64,000 nt of DNA, from IMG/VR virus record IMGVR_UViG_3300021088_000008, positions 9,219 to 73,218 of that record. One strand, 5' to 3'. Position numbers and translations under genes: made by a program. Under the pieces are notes generated by a model. The model did not search any database. It had not been told where the DNA came from and saw nothing but the letters and a program-made list of their open reading frames with translations. Source of the stretch: a virus. Below are positions 8,098-17,548 of this stretch, in pieces (position 1 is the stretch's first letter; each line of letters opens with the position of its first letter).

Positions 8098-9339
8098 ATG
8101 ACCGACCCAGCAATCCACGATGAGGCCTCGCGCCAGGCGAGCGGGCCGGCCGACGCCATCCGAGACGCGCACGACAATCTCAAGGCGGGGATTGAGATCA
8201 TGGGATGCGTTCATGACATCCCGCCCCAGATCCACAAAGCCATGCACGCGCTGAGCTATGCGGTGAAGGCGGCCGCCGCTCTGCCGACAGCTCCAGAACC
8301 CGGTTGGTTGCAGCCGGCGTTGGATTCTGCGGCTAAACGGGCCAATGCAATGCCGGATTGGATGGTTAGGCGAGATGCTGCTCCTCCCGCGGTGAAGATG
8401 TCGGCTGATGCGCCAACATTCCAGCGTCGCGCTCAGGATTGGATGATGGCTACGTTCTCCATGGAAGTCTGTCGCGACACCATCGAGCGCAATCACCGCT
8501 TTCTTGAAGAGGCGCTTGAGCTCGTACAAGCTCTTGGATGCACCGCCAGTGAGGCACATCAGCTTGTCGATTACGTCTATGGCCGTGACCAGGGAGAGGT
8601 CAACCAGGAGATCGGCGGCGTCATGGTGACATTGGCCGCGCTGTGCTTGGCGAACGATCTTGATATGCATCAGGGGGGCGAAACCGAATTGGCGCGCGTC
8701 TGGACCAAGATTGATCAGATCCGGGCGAAGCAGGCATCGAAACCAAAACATTCTCCGTTGCCTCAGACAGCCGACGCCAAGGCAGAGCCGCTGCGGAGCA
8801 ATAACGTTTTGATGCGTGATATAGCGGACACATTCGAAAAGGTCCGTATCGTACTTCGTTGGACAGTGAAAAATGCGCGCAAGGTCGGCCCCATGTATAG
8901 TCACGCCAATACTGCGATGTGGGCGCTAACCGAAACCGAAAAGAAACTGATTTCCATTCTCGCCGCCCCTCCCGCCGTGGACAGAGCCGCGCTCGCTCAG
9001 GCAATTCGCAAAGCACTCATTGAAAACTGGCGAGAAGACCTAGGGGCCAAGTGGGACGAGGATGTGCTGCTCACTGGCTGCCGAAAGGTTGGCGGCGGGC
9101 GCGGCTATCAAAACGCCGAGGAAGCAGCCCAAAATCTGGCATTGGATGCCGCTGATGCTGTCATCAAACTCCTGCCAACAGACGTGGACAGAGTGGCGGT
9201 GATCGAGGCGGGAAAACAAGCGAAATTCAGAGGTAGCGAAGGAGGATGGTTCGGGGTTACACCAGACCATAATAATCCGGATTCGTTCGAATATCGCACC
9301 ATCTACGCCCTCGCCGATGCCAAGGGGGATGGGAAGTGA
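8098..9339 (+). CDS. Mosaic protein with a MazG-like NTP pyrophosphohydrolase domain
   Basis: ERNHRFLEEALELVQA...QEIGGVMVTLAALC (EExxE pattern of all-alpha NTP-PPases). GGAGG RBS before ATG 8098. Confidence 0.7.
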   Translation: MTDPAIHDEASRQASGPADAIRDAHDNLKAGIEIMGCVHDIPPQIHKAMHALSYAVKAAAALPTAPEPGWLQPALDSAAKRANAMPDWMVRRDAAPPAVKMSADAPTFQRRAQDWMMATFSMEVCRDTIERNHRFLEEALELVQALGCTASEAHQLVDYVYGRDQGEVNQEIGGVMVTLAALCLANDLDMHQGGETELARVWTKIDQIRAKQASKPKHSPLPQTADAKAEPLRSNNVLMRDIADTFEKVRIVLRWTVKNARKVGPMYSHANTAMWALTETEKKLISILAAPPAVDRAALAQAIRKALIENWREDLGAKWDEDVLLTGCRKVGGGRGYQNAEEAAQNLALDAADAVIKLLPTDVDRVAVIEAGKQAKFRGSEGGWFGVTPDHNNPDSFEYRTIYALADAKGDGK

Positions 9340-9536
9340 GCGAAGAACAGAAAGATGCAATCTACGCGGCATATCTCGGAATATGCGTTCTAAAAACCAT
9401 GTTTCGCAGGGTCGGACTAACGTTAGGTCAGCAACGCTCTGCAGATTTGCTGACTGAACTGAGCGACACCTTCCCATGGCTCGCTGAGCGAGTGGCGCTT
9501 TCCGCACTTCGCTCTGCCGATGGAGACAAAAAGTGA
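9336..9536 (+). CDS. Hypothetical protein
   Basis: GTGA overlap with the upstream stop, 66 aa. Confidence 0.5.
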   Translation: MSEEQKDAIYAAYLGICVLKTMFRRVGLTLGQQRSADLLTELSDTFPWLAERVALSALRSADGDKK

Positions 9537-9612
9537 GACACTGGCCGCCAGAGCCGGCGGCGCTGGCTATCTGTTACGGGAGGGCATGGTGAAAATTGCA
9601 GGAGATTGGCCG

Positions 9613-9954
9613 ATGATCCTTCCCCGCCGCCAGTTTCTCGCTGGCTTGGCTACTACTCTGGCGGCTCCTGCGATCGTGCGGGCTGATTCGTTGATGAAGC
9701 TGCCAAGGCCTTCATTGATACGGATGGGCCAAATATCGGCCACCATCCGCACGAAGATGATCCCACCTCAAATGACCGCCAAAGAAGCTCACGAATGGCT
9801 TCACAATGCCCTTCAGCATGCGCTTTTTGAGGCCATGCAGACCAAGGGGCCGATTCGTCACTCCAATTCCGGGTGGGATATTCTTCAGGCCGCGGCAGAA
9901 TCTGCAATGAGCGGCCTGCCTCCAACCTACAATGTAGAGGTCACCGTCAGGTGA
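9613..9954 (+). CDS. Protein with a twin-arginine-like signal peptide
   Basis: MILPRRQFLAGLATTLAAPAIVRA, GGAG RBS. Confidence 0.6.
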   Translation: MILPRRQFLAGLATTLAAPAIVRADSLMKLPRPSLIRMGQISATIRTKMIPPQMTAKEAHEWLHNALQHALFEAMQTKGPIRHSNSGWDILQAAAESAMSGLPPTYNVEVTVR

Positions 9955-11000
9955 GGGCAGCCAAGGGAAAAATACTGCGGCCCGTACATCCCAATGTCGG
10001 CGTGTCGGTTGAGTACCGCCGCCGCCTCGACGACCTGATTGCAGATATGCAGGCATCCTACGAATTCTGGCTGACCGCGGCCTACCGCGCGAATCAGCCC
10101 GAGATCGCCCAGGACAAGGCGCCCGACACCGGCGCGCCGGCGCGCGTGACCGCGGTACAGGCCGAGATCGGCTCGCGGAATGTGGTGTGGCTGGCCTACG
10201 TCGACGGGCGGCCGCTAATGGACCGCCGCGGCGCGCTGCGGACGTTCCGGAGCCGGGATGCGGCTGAGACCGGAGGGTTGCGCAGCAGCGGCCTGAACAT
10301 GGTCCTGACCAAGCCGGTGCCGCTCGGTGGGCGCCTTGATCCGGTGTCGCTGGCGAACCTGCCGGTCGAGTTTACCCCCGCCCAGAACCTGCAGGAGACC
10401 ATCGACAAGCTCGGCGCGCGATGGGAGGCGCGATTCGACGAGGCTGCGCCGAAGCTCGCCCGGTGGTTCGCGCAGACCGCCGGCAAGCGGTCCGATGACG
10501 GGCTCAAGAAGGTGCTGCGGGACGGCGGAATGTCGGTGCGGTTTGACATGACCCCGGTCATGCGGGATGTCATGCACGCGACGGTCGCCGAAAATGTTTC
10601 TCTGATCAAGTCGATCGGATCGCAGTACCACTCAGAAATCACCGGGATGGTCATGCGCTCGGTCTCAACCGGACGCGATGTCGGCGGTCTGACCCGCGAA
10701 CTCGAGCAGCGGTTTGGCGTCACGCGCCGGCGGGCCGCCTTGATTGCGCACCACCAAAACAACCTAGCAACGAGCAGCTTCGTTCGGGTCAGGCAGATTC
10801 AAGCGGGGCTGCAGGCTGTATGGCTGCATTCGCATGGTGGGAAGGAGCCCCGCCCTACGCATCTTGCCAACTCCGGCAAGACCTATGACCCGGCCAAGGG
10901 CTGGTTCGATAGCGACCCCAAAGTTCGGAGGTTCATCTGGCCTGGCCAACTCATTAACTGCCGATGCGTGAGCCGCACGGTTGTTCCCCGTTTCTCATAG
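9951..11000 (+). CDS. Minor head protein (MuF / SPP1 gp7-like)
   Basis: ENVSLIKSI, RRAALIAHHQNN, WLHSHGGKEPRPTH and PGQLINCRC. GTG start overlaps the upstream stop. Confidence 0.85.
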   Translation: MRAAKGKILRPVHPNVGVSVEYRRRLDDLIADMQASYEFWLTAAYRANQPEIAQDKAPDTGAPARVTAVQAEIGSRNVVWLAYVDGRPLMDRRGALRTFRSRDAAETGGLRSSGLNMVLTKPVPLGGRLDPVSLANLPVEFTPAQNLQETIDKLGARWEARFDEAAPKLARWFAQTAGKRSDDGLKKVLRDGGMSVRFDMTPVMRDVMHATVAENVSLIKSIGSQYHSEITGMVMRSVSTGRDVGGLTRELEQRFGVTRRRAALIAHHQNNLATSSFVRVRQIQAGLQAVWLHSHGGKEPRPTHLANSGKTYDPAKGWFDSDPKVRRFIWPGQLINCRCVSRTVVPRFS

Positions 11001-11011
11001 GAGGCTTTTCA

Positions 11012-11398
11012 ATGTTCAAGATGGCAGTAGCAGTTGCGGCGACCATGTGGGTGTGCCTGTCTATCTTCCTCGTAGAGGCGTATGTTCATCGCGCTCAGGC
11101 CCGCGATGACGGCCGCTACGCCGGATCACCGCTTAAGCCATGGTTCGACCACCTCTCAAGCGGCAAGGGGCTCTGCTGCAGCGATGCAGACGGTACCGCG
11201 CTTTCCGATGTCGACTGGGATTCCAGGGACGGGAAATATCGCGTACGCATTGATGGCGATTGGTACGACGTTCCGCCCGATGCGGTAATCACCGAGCCCA
11301 ACCGCGCCGGTCGGACGATGGTGTGGCCATTTCCGATGTGGGATGGCACCAAGCACGGGTATGGAATCAGATGCTTCATGCCAGGGAGCATGACATGA
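11012..11398 (+). CDS. Exported Cys-containing protein
   Basis: AGGAGG RBS, hydrophobic N-terminus ending AQA, WFDHLSSGKGLCCSDADG...IRCFMPG. Confidence 0.75.
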   Translation: MFKMAVAVAATMWVCLSIFLVEAYVHRAQARDDGRYAGSPLKPWFDHLSSGKGLCCSDADGTALSDVDWDSRDGKYRVRIDGDWYDVPPDAVITEPNRAGRTMVWPFPMWDGTKHGYGIRCFMPGSMT

Positions 11399-11631
11399 GC
11401 GACGACCGATATCCCAAAGCCCGAGAAGAACTCGAGGTCGAGAACCGCGAACTCCGCGCGGCCGTGGCGCGCCTTCAGGCCTCGGTCGGATCGCTGCAGG
11501 CGACGATCATCGCCAGAGAGACTGAGATCGGCAACCTGCGGCATCCGAAGCCGGCCCCGCGCGTGCTGGACAAGAACGCGAAGGACAGGTTCGATCGGCC
11601 GGCGTATTCGGCACGGAGGTACCCGCTATGA
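11395..11631 (+). CDS. Small coiled-coil protein
   Basis: ATGA overlap, heptad-like LEVENRELRAAVARLQ. Confidence 0.6.
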   Translation: MSDDRYPKAREELEVENRELRAAVARLQASVGSLQATIIARETEIGNLRHPKPAPRVLDKNAKDRFDRPAYSARRYPL

Positions 11632-11948
11632 GCGACGCGAAGGTGCGATTTGAGACGCTGGAATACGAGGCCGCCACGGTTGGCCAGGAGCAGACTTTCG
11701 GATTCAACTGTCCGATCCACGACCGGCGCTGCGAGGGGCTCGTGATCGCCGGAAAGACAACGCTTCCGCGCGATCCGCAGGGCCAGAACGGAGGTATCGC
11801 GCAATGGGATTGGGATGGCCAGCGCGAGCACCCAACGTTCACTCCGTCCGTCAATTGCGGCAAATGCTGGCACGGCTACATCCGCGCCGGGCGCACGGTC
11901 GATTGCCAGGGCCACGATGAGCCAGATATTCCGAGGACCAGCACATGA
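11628..11948 (+). CDS. Cys/His metal-binding protein (DUF6527-like)
   Basis: FNCP..C, WDWDG..EHPTFTPSVNCGKCWHGYIRAG. Confidence 0.65.
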   Translation: MSDAKVRFETLEYEAATVGQEQTFGFNCPIHDRRCEGLVIAGKTTLPRDPQGQNGGIAQWDWDGQREHPTFTPSVNCGKCWHGYIRAGRTVDCQGHDEPDIPRTST

Positions 11949-12187
11949 CCGCCCCGGCTAGATGCGCTATCCAGGTTTCCAAGATGGATGTCGGATTCTT
12001 CTGGTGTCGCGTCGCGACGATCCCGGGTGTCAGCGAGGCCGAAGCTGAAGCTTTCCAATCTCGGACCCTGGTCGGAGAGCGGCTGCTCGAGGTCGAGCGC
12101 TTGGTGATCGAGGCGCGCGAGGCCCTGTTTCAGGCCACGGTCCCAGGCGCTCAGGACTGGATGCCGACGAAGCGATCGATGAACTGA
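11945..12187 (+). CDS. Hypothetical protein
   Basis: ATGA overlap, GAGGA RBS. Confidence 0.5.
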   Translation: MTAPARCAIQVSKMDVGFFWCRVATIPGVSEAEAEAFQSRTLVGERLLEVERLVIEAREALFQATVPGAQDWMPTKRSMN

Positions 12188-12240
12188 CGGGAACTTTTGT
12201 TCCTGCGGCGAATTGGCTCAGTTCACCGGAGGACTACGCT

Positions 12241-12492
12241 ATGTCCTGCTTTTCTCTCGATTTTATGGAGCGTGTGTGCATCCTGGTCGTCATCTGCATG
12301 GGCTTGTGGGCGATCATCAAGCTGTTCCTGCCTTTCCTGATGGCGCACTTGCCGCCACTCGTCGTTCAGATCATCAACATCGTCATTTGGGTCGTGATCG
12401 CGATCATCTGCATCGTCATCATCTTCGCGCTGCTGTCATGCCTCGTCGGCGCCATGGGAGGGCTGGGCGGATTGAGCCATCCCTTTCGCTGA
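12241..12492 (+). CDS. Small two-TM membrane protein
   Basis: GGAGG RBS and two long hydrophobic segments. Confidence 0.7.
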   Translation: MSCFSLDFMERVCILVVICMGLWAIIKLFLPFLMAHLPPLVVQIINIVIWVVIAIICIVIIFALLSCLVGAMGGLGGLSHPFR

Positions 12493-12645
12493 GAACGGCC
12501 AGGAGTGCATCGATACCCAAAGCGACGCGCCAGATTGCATTCCGCCGATCCCGAAGGGACCGAGGTCGATTTGTCGTGGATGTTGATTGCGGTATACCGC
12601 CGAAGGCGTAGGCTGCGCTCGGTGATTGGACTGCCAGAGCTCCTT

Positions 12646-12677
12646 GGCCCCGGTTTTGAACCCGGGGCCTTTTTCTT
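12646..12677 (+). terminator. Intrinsic terminator
   Basis: GGCCCCGG-TTTTGAAC-CCGGGGCC followed by TTTTTCTT. Confidence 0.75.
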
Positions 12678-12695
12678 GCGTGGAACCTCGCCGCC

Positions 12696-13967
12696 GTGAT
12701 AGAGGCGATGATGCTCTCACTCGCCCCGAACGCTGCCATCCCCGCCGGCCTCCGCCGCAAGACCGCCTTTGATGCATCGGGGATCACCAAACATGCAGCT
12801 GGGGTGCTGTTTGTTGCGCCGGATGGCGATATCCTGCTGCTGCGCCGCACCGGGACGCCAGGCCAGGACAACTTCGTCGGGCATTGGTCCCTGCCGGGCG
12901 GCGGCGTCGAGGAGGGCGAGACACCCGAGATCGGCGCAGCGCGCGAGGCCAAGGAAGAGATGGGCGTCGACACCGACCCCAAGAGCTTCAAGGTCCTCGA
13001 CCAGAAGGTCACCCCAACCGGGATGGCGTTCCACACTTTCGCCCAGCCGGTCGAGAAGAAATTCTGGCCGCAACTGAACGACGAGCACAACGGCGCCGGC
13101 TGGTTTCCGCTGAGCGAGTTGCCGAGGCCGATCCACCCCGCGGTCGAGGCGATGCTCAAGAGCAAGCTCGGCGATGACCTGGGCGGCGCGCGCGACGGGC
13201 TGGTTGCATGGTCGAAACTTGCCGATGAAGAGGCCGAACGCGGCCGTGCGGCAGACGCTTGCCCGACCTGCGGCGGGACTGGTGAGCTCGCAGGCCCTGG
13301 CTGCAAGTGCGAGGACTGCGGCGGGACCGGAAAGAAACTCGGAGCGACTGATTCGGTCTTCCTGATCGCCATGGACCGGGACAGCGTCCGATCCTTCGAC
13401 CGTGATGGCCGCATGCGGGTTGCCATTGCCAATCTGAGCAAAGAGCAGATCAGGCCCTATGTCGGTCGAGAAATTCCCGGCTGGGATGACGCAACCCAGA
13501 CCCACAAGTTGGGATTGGATCCGGACAAAATCTACAATCTCTATTGTCCTGGTGAGGAATTGGAAAAAGCGGCAGAAACCTTCAATGGGATTCAGCTTCT
13601 CAAGAAGCACACGCCGGTGAATGCAGAGGATCATAAAAAAAACGACATCATTGGGACGACCGGAACGAATGCGAAATTCAATTCTCCGTTCTTGCAAAAT
13701 AGCTTGGTTGTTTGGACGCAAGAAGGAATCGACCTCATCGAATCCGAGGAGATGAAGGAATTGAGTTGCGGGTATTTTTATGTACCGTTGATGAACCCTG
13801 GTGTTTTCAAGGGAGAGCCTTTCGACGGAATCATGACGCAACTATCCGGCAACCATTTAACGATTGTCGGCGATGGTCGAGCTGGATCGGAATGTCAGGT
13901 AGAGGATTCTGCCGTAGAATTGCAGTGGGCCGCGATCGAGCGGGCAATGATGGACATGACGACATGA
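12696..13967 (+). CDS. Nudix hydrolase + CxxCxGxG zinc finger + DUF2213 putative prohead protease fusion
   Basis: Complete Nudix box GGVEEGETPEIGAAREAKEEMGV. CPTCGGTG..CEDCGGTG. DUF2213 motifs YVGREIPG, KELSCGY and GNHLTIVGDGRAG. Confidence 0.85.
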   Translation: MIEAMMLSLAPNAAIPAGLRRKTAFDASGITKHAAGVLFVAPDGDILLLRRTGTPGQDNFVGHWSLPGGGVEEGETPEIGAAREAKEEMGVDTDPKSFKVLDQKVTPTGMAFHTFAQPVEKKFWPQLNDEHNGAGWFPLSELPRPIHPAVEAMLKSKLGDDLGGARDGLVAWSKLADEEAERGRAADACPTCGGTGELAGPGCKCEDCGGTGKKLGATDSVFLIAMDRDSVRSFDRDGRMRVAIANLSKEQIRPYVGREIPGWDDATQTHKLGLDPDKIYNLYCPGEELEKAAETFNGIQLLKKHTPVNAEDHKKNDIIGTTGTNAKFNSPFLQNSLVVWTQEGIDLIESEEMKELSCGYFYVPLMNPGVFKGEPFDGIMTQLSGNHLTIVGDGRAGSECQVEDSAVELQWAAIERAMMDMTT

Positions 13968-14158
13968 TCGACGCCCGCGCCATCCGAATTTCCCTCAATC
14001 TGACACAAGAACAATTCGCAAAGCGCTTCAGCCTGAATTTGGCTACGATACGCGAATGGGAGCAGCATCGTCGCGAGCCCACGATGCATGCAAGAGTCCT
14101 TCTCGCCATCATCGCGTACGCTCCCGAAGTCGTCGATCAGGCGCTTCGAGGCGGCTAA
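13964..14158 (+). CDS. XRE-family HTH protein (HigA/MqsA antitoxin-like)
   Basis: IRISLNLTQEQFAKRFSLNLATIREWEQHRREP..ARVLLAII..PE.V. Confidence 0.75.
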   Translation: MIDARAIRISLNLTQEQFAKRFSLNLATIREWEQHRREPTMHARVLLAIIAYAPEVVDQALRGG

Positions 14159-14237
14159 TAATCTGACGCACTATCAGATTTTCCCAAAATAAGCGAAAGA
14201 TTGCGGCATCAATCCCCGAATCCTCCGAGGGAGATGA

Positions 14238-15302
14238 GTGGGTAAGCTCGGTGACGAACTCCGGAAAAAGTACAAAACGCCCCGGGAAGCCCTGCGGGCG
14301 CTTGGCCTTGATGAAGCCCTACTCGACATCTCCCGCCTCGCTTATGATGGAGCAAATCCGATGAAGGCAACCAGGTTCGGCGCGGTCGCGCTCTCGATGA
14401 CCGCGGCGCACGTCGCGCCGCTTCTGGCGATGGACCAGAAGGTGGTCCTGCCGAAGGATCTGTTCGCTCCCCTGACGACCAAGAACTTCAAGGCCGGCCG
14501 CGACAAGCTTCTGGCCGGCGTCCGTCTGGCGCTGGACGGCAAGCTGCGGAAAGGCCTCGCCCTCGACGGCAGCATGCAGAACTTCGCCAAGGCGATCGAC
14601 GCCTTCAACGAGAACATGAGCGGCGCCGGCGTCGACGAGGAGGCCCCGAAGCCCGAGGAGATGGAGAACGCGGCCACGGTCGGCCCGCTCGACGTCACGG
14701 AGCCCCGCAAGGAGCCCGGCGAGAAGGGCTTCGATGCCGAGCCGTTCAAGAACTTCCTCCGCGAAAAGGGCATGGGTGAGGACGACATCATGAAGGCGTG
14801 CGACATGATGCCGAAGTCCGACATCACCGGCGACGCCGAGGAGACCCCGGAAGAAAAGGCCGCCCGGGAGAAGAAGGAAAAGGATGCCGCCGCAGCAAAG
14901 GACGCCGAGATGAAGGACATGGTCAGCAAGCCGGCGATGGATGCCGCCCTCAAGGCTCAGGCCAGCGAATTCCAGAAAGAGTTGACCAAGGTGCGCGACA
15001 ACGAACGCGGCGTCCGCGCGGCAATCGCCGAGGTCCATCCCTGGGTCGGCGAGCTTCCGGCGACCATGGCGTTCGATACCGCCGCCGACGTCCACCGCCA
15101 CGCGCTCGTGATGCGCGGCGTCGATGGCGCCAAGACGCTGCACGCCGATGCGCTGTTGCCGATCCTGAAGACGTTGCCGAAGAACGGCGCCCGGGCTCCC
15201 GAAAACAACGGCGGTGGCGAGCATATTGCCATGGATTCATCCGACCGCGCTGCGGTTGTCGCTCTGGCTCCCGATTTCGCCAACATCTCGACCACGCTCT
15301 GA
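14238..15302 (+). CDS. Capsid scaffolding protein (putative)
   Basis: Charged helical protein between protease and capsid genes with many A-x-D motifs. C-terminus VHPWVGEL..AFDTAADVHRHAL resembles DUF2213 C-terminal regions. Confidence 0.7.
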   Translation: MGKLGDELRKKYKTPREALRALGLDEALLDISRLAYDGANPMKATRFGAVALSMTAAHVAPLLAMDQKVVLPKDLFAPLTTKNFKAGRDKLLAGVRLALDGKLRKGLALDGSMQNFAKAIDAFNENMSGAGVDEEAPKPEEMENAATVGPLDVTEPRKEPGEKGFDAEPFKNFLREKGMGEDDIMKACDMMPKSDITGDAEETPEEKAAREKKEKDAAAAKDAEMKDMVSKPAMDAALKAQASEFQKELTKVRDNERGVRAAIAEVHPWVGELPATMAFDTAADVHRHALVMRGVDGAKTLHADALLPILKTLPKNGARAPENNGGGEHIAMDSSDRAAVVALAPDFANISTTL

Positions 15303-15367
15303 CCGCGTAGCGAAACGGACTTTTTATTAATTCCGGGGTTCGCCCCCATCGACGAAGGAGTCAAATC

Positions 15368-16333
15368 ATGAGCGGAACGGGCGGCTGGCAGGTCCAAGTG
15401 GCCGTGCAACCTGCGGCATTTATTCCAGGCAATCGAACGAGTGTGAATCCGCTCTTCAGTTTCGATGCCGGCCCTGGCGGGCTGGTATCTGGAGCGTCGC
15501 TCTTCGTCGGCCGTTTCGCGTGGGTGACCCCGCCGCTGGATCCGAACGGTGGCCCGACCATCGCGAACAGCTTCGGCAACGGGCCTCCGAATGGCTTCCT
15601 GCTTGGCGTGCAGCAGGCACTGAACACGACGTTCCTCTCAAATGCCGGCTTGCAAGTCCAACCAGGCGCTCAGACGGCGCTGCAGATCGCCGGCGACTTC
15701 GCAGTTCAGAACGACGGTACTACCGAGGCTGAGTACGGCCAGAAAGCATTCGCATTCGTTGCTACCGGCAAGGTGGCGTTCGCACCGACCGGGACAGCCT
15801 TCGGTGGCGCCTCGGCGACGACCAGCACCATCGCTCCGGCCACGTTCTCGGTGACCGGTTCGATCTCCGGCAATATCATGACGGTCACGAACGTCGGTTC
15901 TGGCACCGTCACACCTGGAGCTGCAATTTCCGGCACTTCGATACCGACCGCACCGGCTCCGCTGATCGTGGCCCAATTGACTGGAACTCCCGGAGGAGTG
16001 GGAACATATTCCCTTAACGTGGGTGAGATCACGGCCGCATCAGAGACGATTTCAGGCACCTATGGAATCCTGACCATCGGTACCGCGACCGGAACATTCG
16101 CGGTGGGGGATGTGCTTACTGGCCCGACTGTCGTGGCTGGCACCACGATCACCGCCAATATCACGGGCACGGGCGGCACGGGCGGAACGATGGCCGTGAA
16201 TCCGACCCAAACCGTCACATCGAATACGATTGTAGCCAGCCTCGCGGTCGAAACCGCCTTCTACGCGCGCTCGACTGGCCTGCCGCTCGAGCCCGTGAAG
16301 ATCAGTTCGTTCAAGGACGCCGGCGGTAACTGA
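15368..16333 (+). CDS. Head decoration / cement protein with two beta-rich modules
   Basis: Directly upstream of the capsid gene. AGPGGLVSG..VGRFAW motif and Gly/Thr-rich modules. Confidence 0.7.
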   Translation: MSGTGGWQVQVAVQPAAFIPGNRTSVNPLFSFDAGPGGLVSGASLFVGRFAWVTPPLDPNGGPTIANSFGNGPPNGFLLGVQQALNTTFLSNAGLQVQPGAQTALQIAGDFAVQNDGTTEAEYGQKAFAFVATGKVAFAPTGTAFGGASATTSTIAPATFSVTGSISGNIMTVTNVGSGTVTPGAAISGTSIPTAPAPLIVAQLTGTPGGVGTYSLNVGEITAASETISGTYGILTIGTATGTFAVGDVLTGPTVVAGTTITANITGTGGTGGTMAVNPTQTVTSNTIVASLAVETAFYARSTGLPLEPVKISSFKDAGGN

Positions 16334-16398
16334 TAGGGTTGTCACTTTTTGACGTCTCGTTTGAGGCGGATTGAAACGGGAAAGCAGGAGCTTCATCG

Positions 16399-17511
16399 AT
16401 GGACCGGAACCAAGCAATCGCCGAGTTTAACAAGGTGAGGCACGTCCTTAACCACGAGGGCGGGGTTATTTTCGATGGCGCCCGAATGTTCATTCCCGAT
16501 GAGTGGAAGAACACGGGGGACAAGTCGCTCAGACAAATGGCGTTCGATGCCGCCGGCACCTTGGGCACCGATCCGAATGCGGCGCTCCCCGCGATGCTCA
16601 CCACCGGCATCAGCCCGGATGTGATCCGGTTCGTATTTGCCCCGCTGCAGATCGCCAAGATCCTCGGTGGTGAGCGCAAGGTCGGCGACTGGCTGATGGA
16701 AACCTACATCTTCCCGGTCATCGAGGAGAACGGCGAAGTTTCCAGCTACGACGATTATTCGAACAACGGCCGCACCGGCATCAACTTCAATTACCCGCAA
16801 CTCCAGTCCTATCTGTTCCAGACCTTCGTCAACTACGGCGAGCGGGAGACCGAGCGCGCCGGCTTGATGCGGATCAACTACGTCGGCGAACTCACCAGCG
16901 CTGCGGCCGGATTGCTCAATCGATTCGGAAACCTCGGATATGCCTTCGGCCTGGCTGGCCTGCAGAACTACGGCTTGATCAACAACCCGTACCTCTCGGC
17001 GTTTTTGACGCCCGCCATCAAGGCGTGGGGCGGGACATCATGGTTCAACGCCGGCTCGCCGGCCGCAACTGCCAACGAGGTCTACAACGACATCCTGGCG
17101 GTGGTCGAGCAGATCATCAATCAGACCAACAGTGCGGTTGAGATGGACTCGCCGATGACGCTGGCGCTATCGCCGCAGTCGCAACTTGCCCTGGAATTCG
17201 CGAACTCGTTCGGCGTCTTCGTCAAGGATCTCCTGAAGCGCGGCTTCCCGAACATGAAAATTGTCCCCGCGCCGCAGTACGGGCAGAAAACCACCAACAA
17301 CACCCAGGGCGATTCCGCCATCGGGAACGTGTTTCAGATCATCGTCGATAACATCGATGGCGGCAAAGTCGCCTATCCAGCCTACAACGAGAAGCTCCGC
17401 GCACACAAACTGATCCCGCAGGCCTCAAGTTGGCTGCAGAAATACACGAGCGGGATCTTCGGAACGGTTTGCCGCATGCCAGTTGGCATCGCCGGCATGC
17501 TCGGAGTTTAG
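16399..17511 (+). CDS. Major capsid protein (DUF2184 family)
   Basis: GERKVGDW, GEVSSYDDYSNNG, QSYLFQT, YGERETERAG and LQNYGLINNP. 370 aa at the expected position. Confidence 0.88.
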   Translation: MDRNQAIAEFNKVRHVLNHEGGVIFDGARMFIPDEWKNTGDKSLRQMAFDAAGTLGTDPNAALPAMLTTGISPDVIRFVFAPLQIAKILGGERKVGDWLMETYIFPVIEENGEVSSYDDYSNNGRTGINFNYPQLQSYLFQTFVNYGERETERAGLMRINYVGELTSAAAGLLNRFGNLGYAFGLAGLQNYGLINNPYLSAFLTPAIKAWGGTSWFNAGSPAATANEVYNDILAVVEQIINQTNSAVEMDSPMTLALSPQSQLALEFANSFGVFVKDLLKRGFPNMKIVPAPQYGQKTTNNTQGDSAIGNVFQIIVDNIDGGKVAYPAYNEKLRAHKLIPQASSWLQKYTSGIFGTVCRMPVGIAGMLGV

Positions 17512-17548
17512 CGTTGCAATAATGATTGGGGTGATGTAAGACACCCGA

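Noticed and set aside
13260-13332. DnaJ chaperone
   Set aside because: Only two CxxCxGxG repeats and no J-domain in this protein.
13964-14158. Complete toxin-antitoxin module
   Set aside because: No adjacent RelE/HigB-like toxin ORF.
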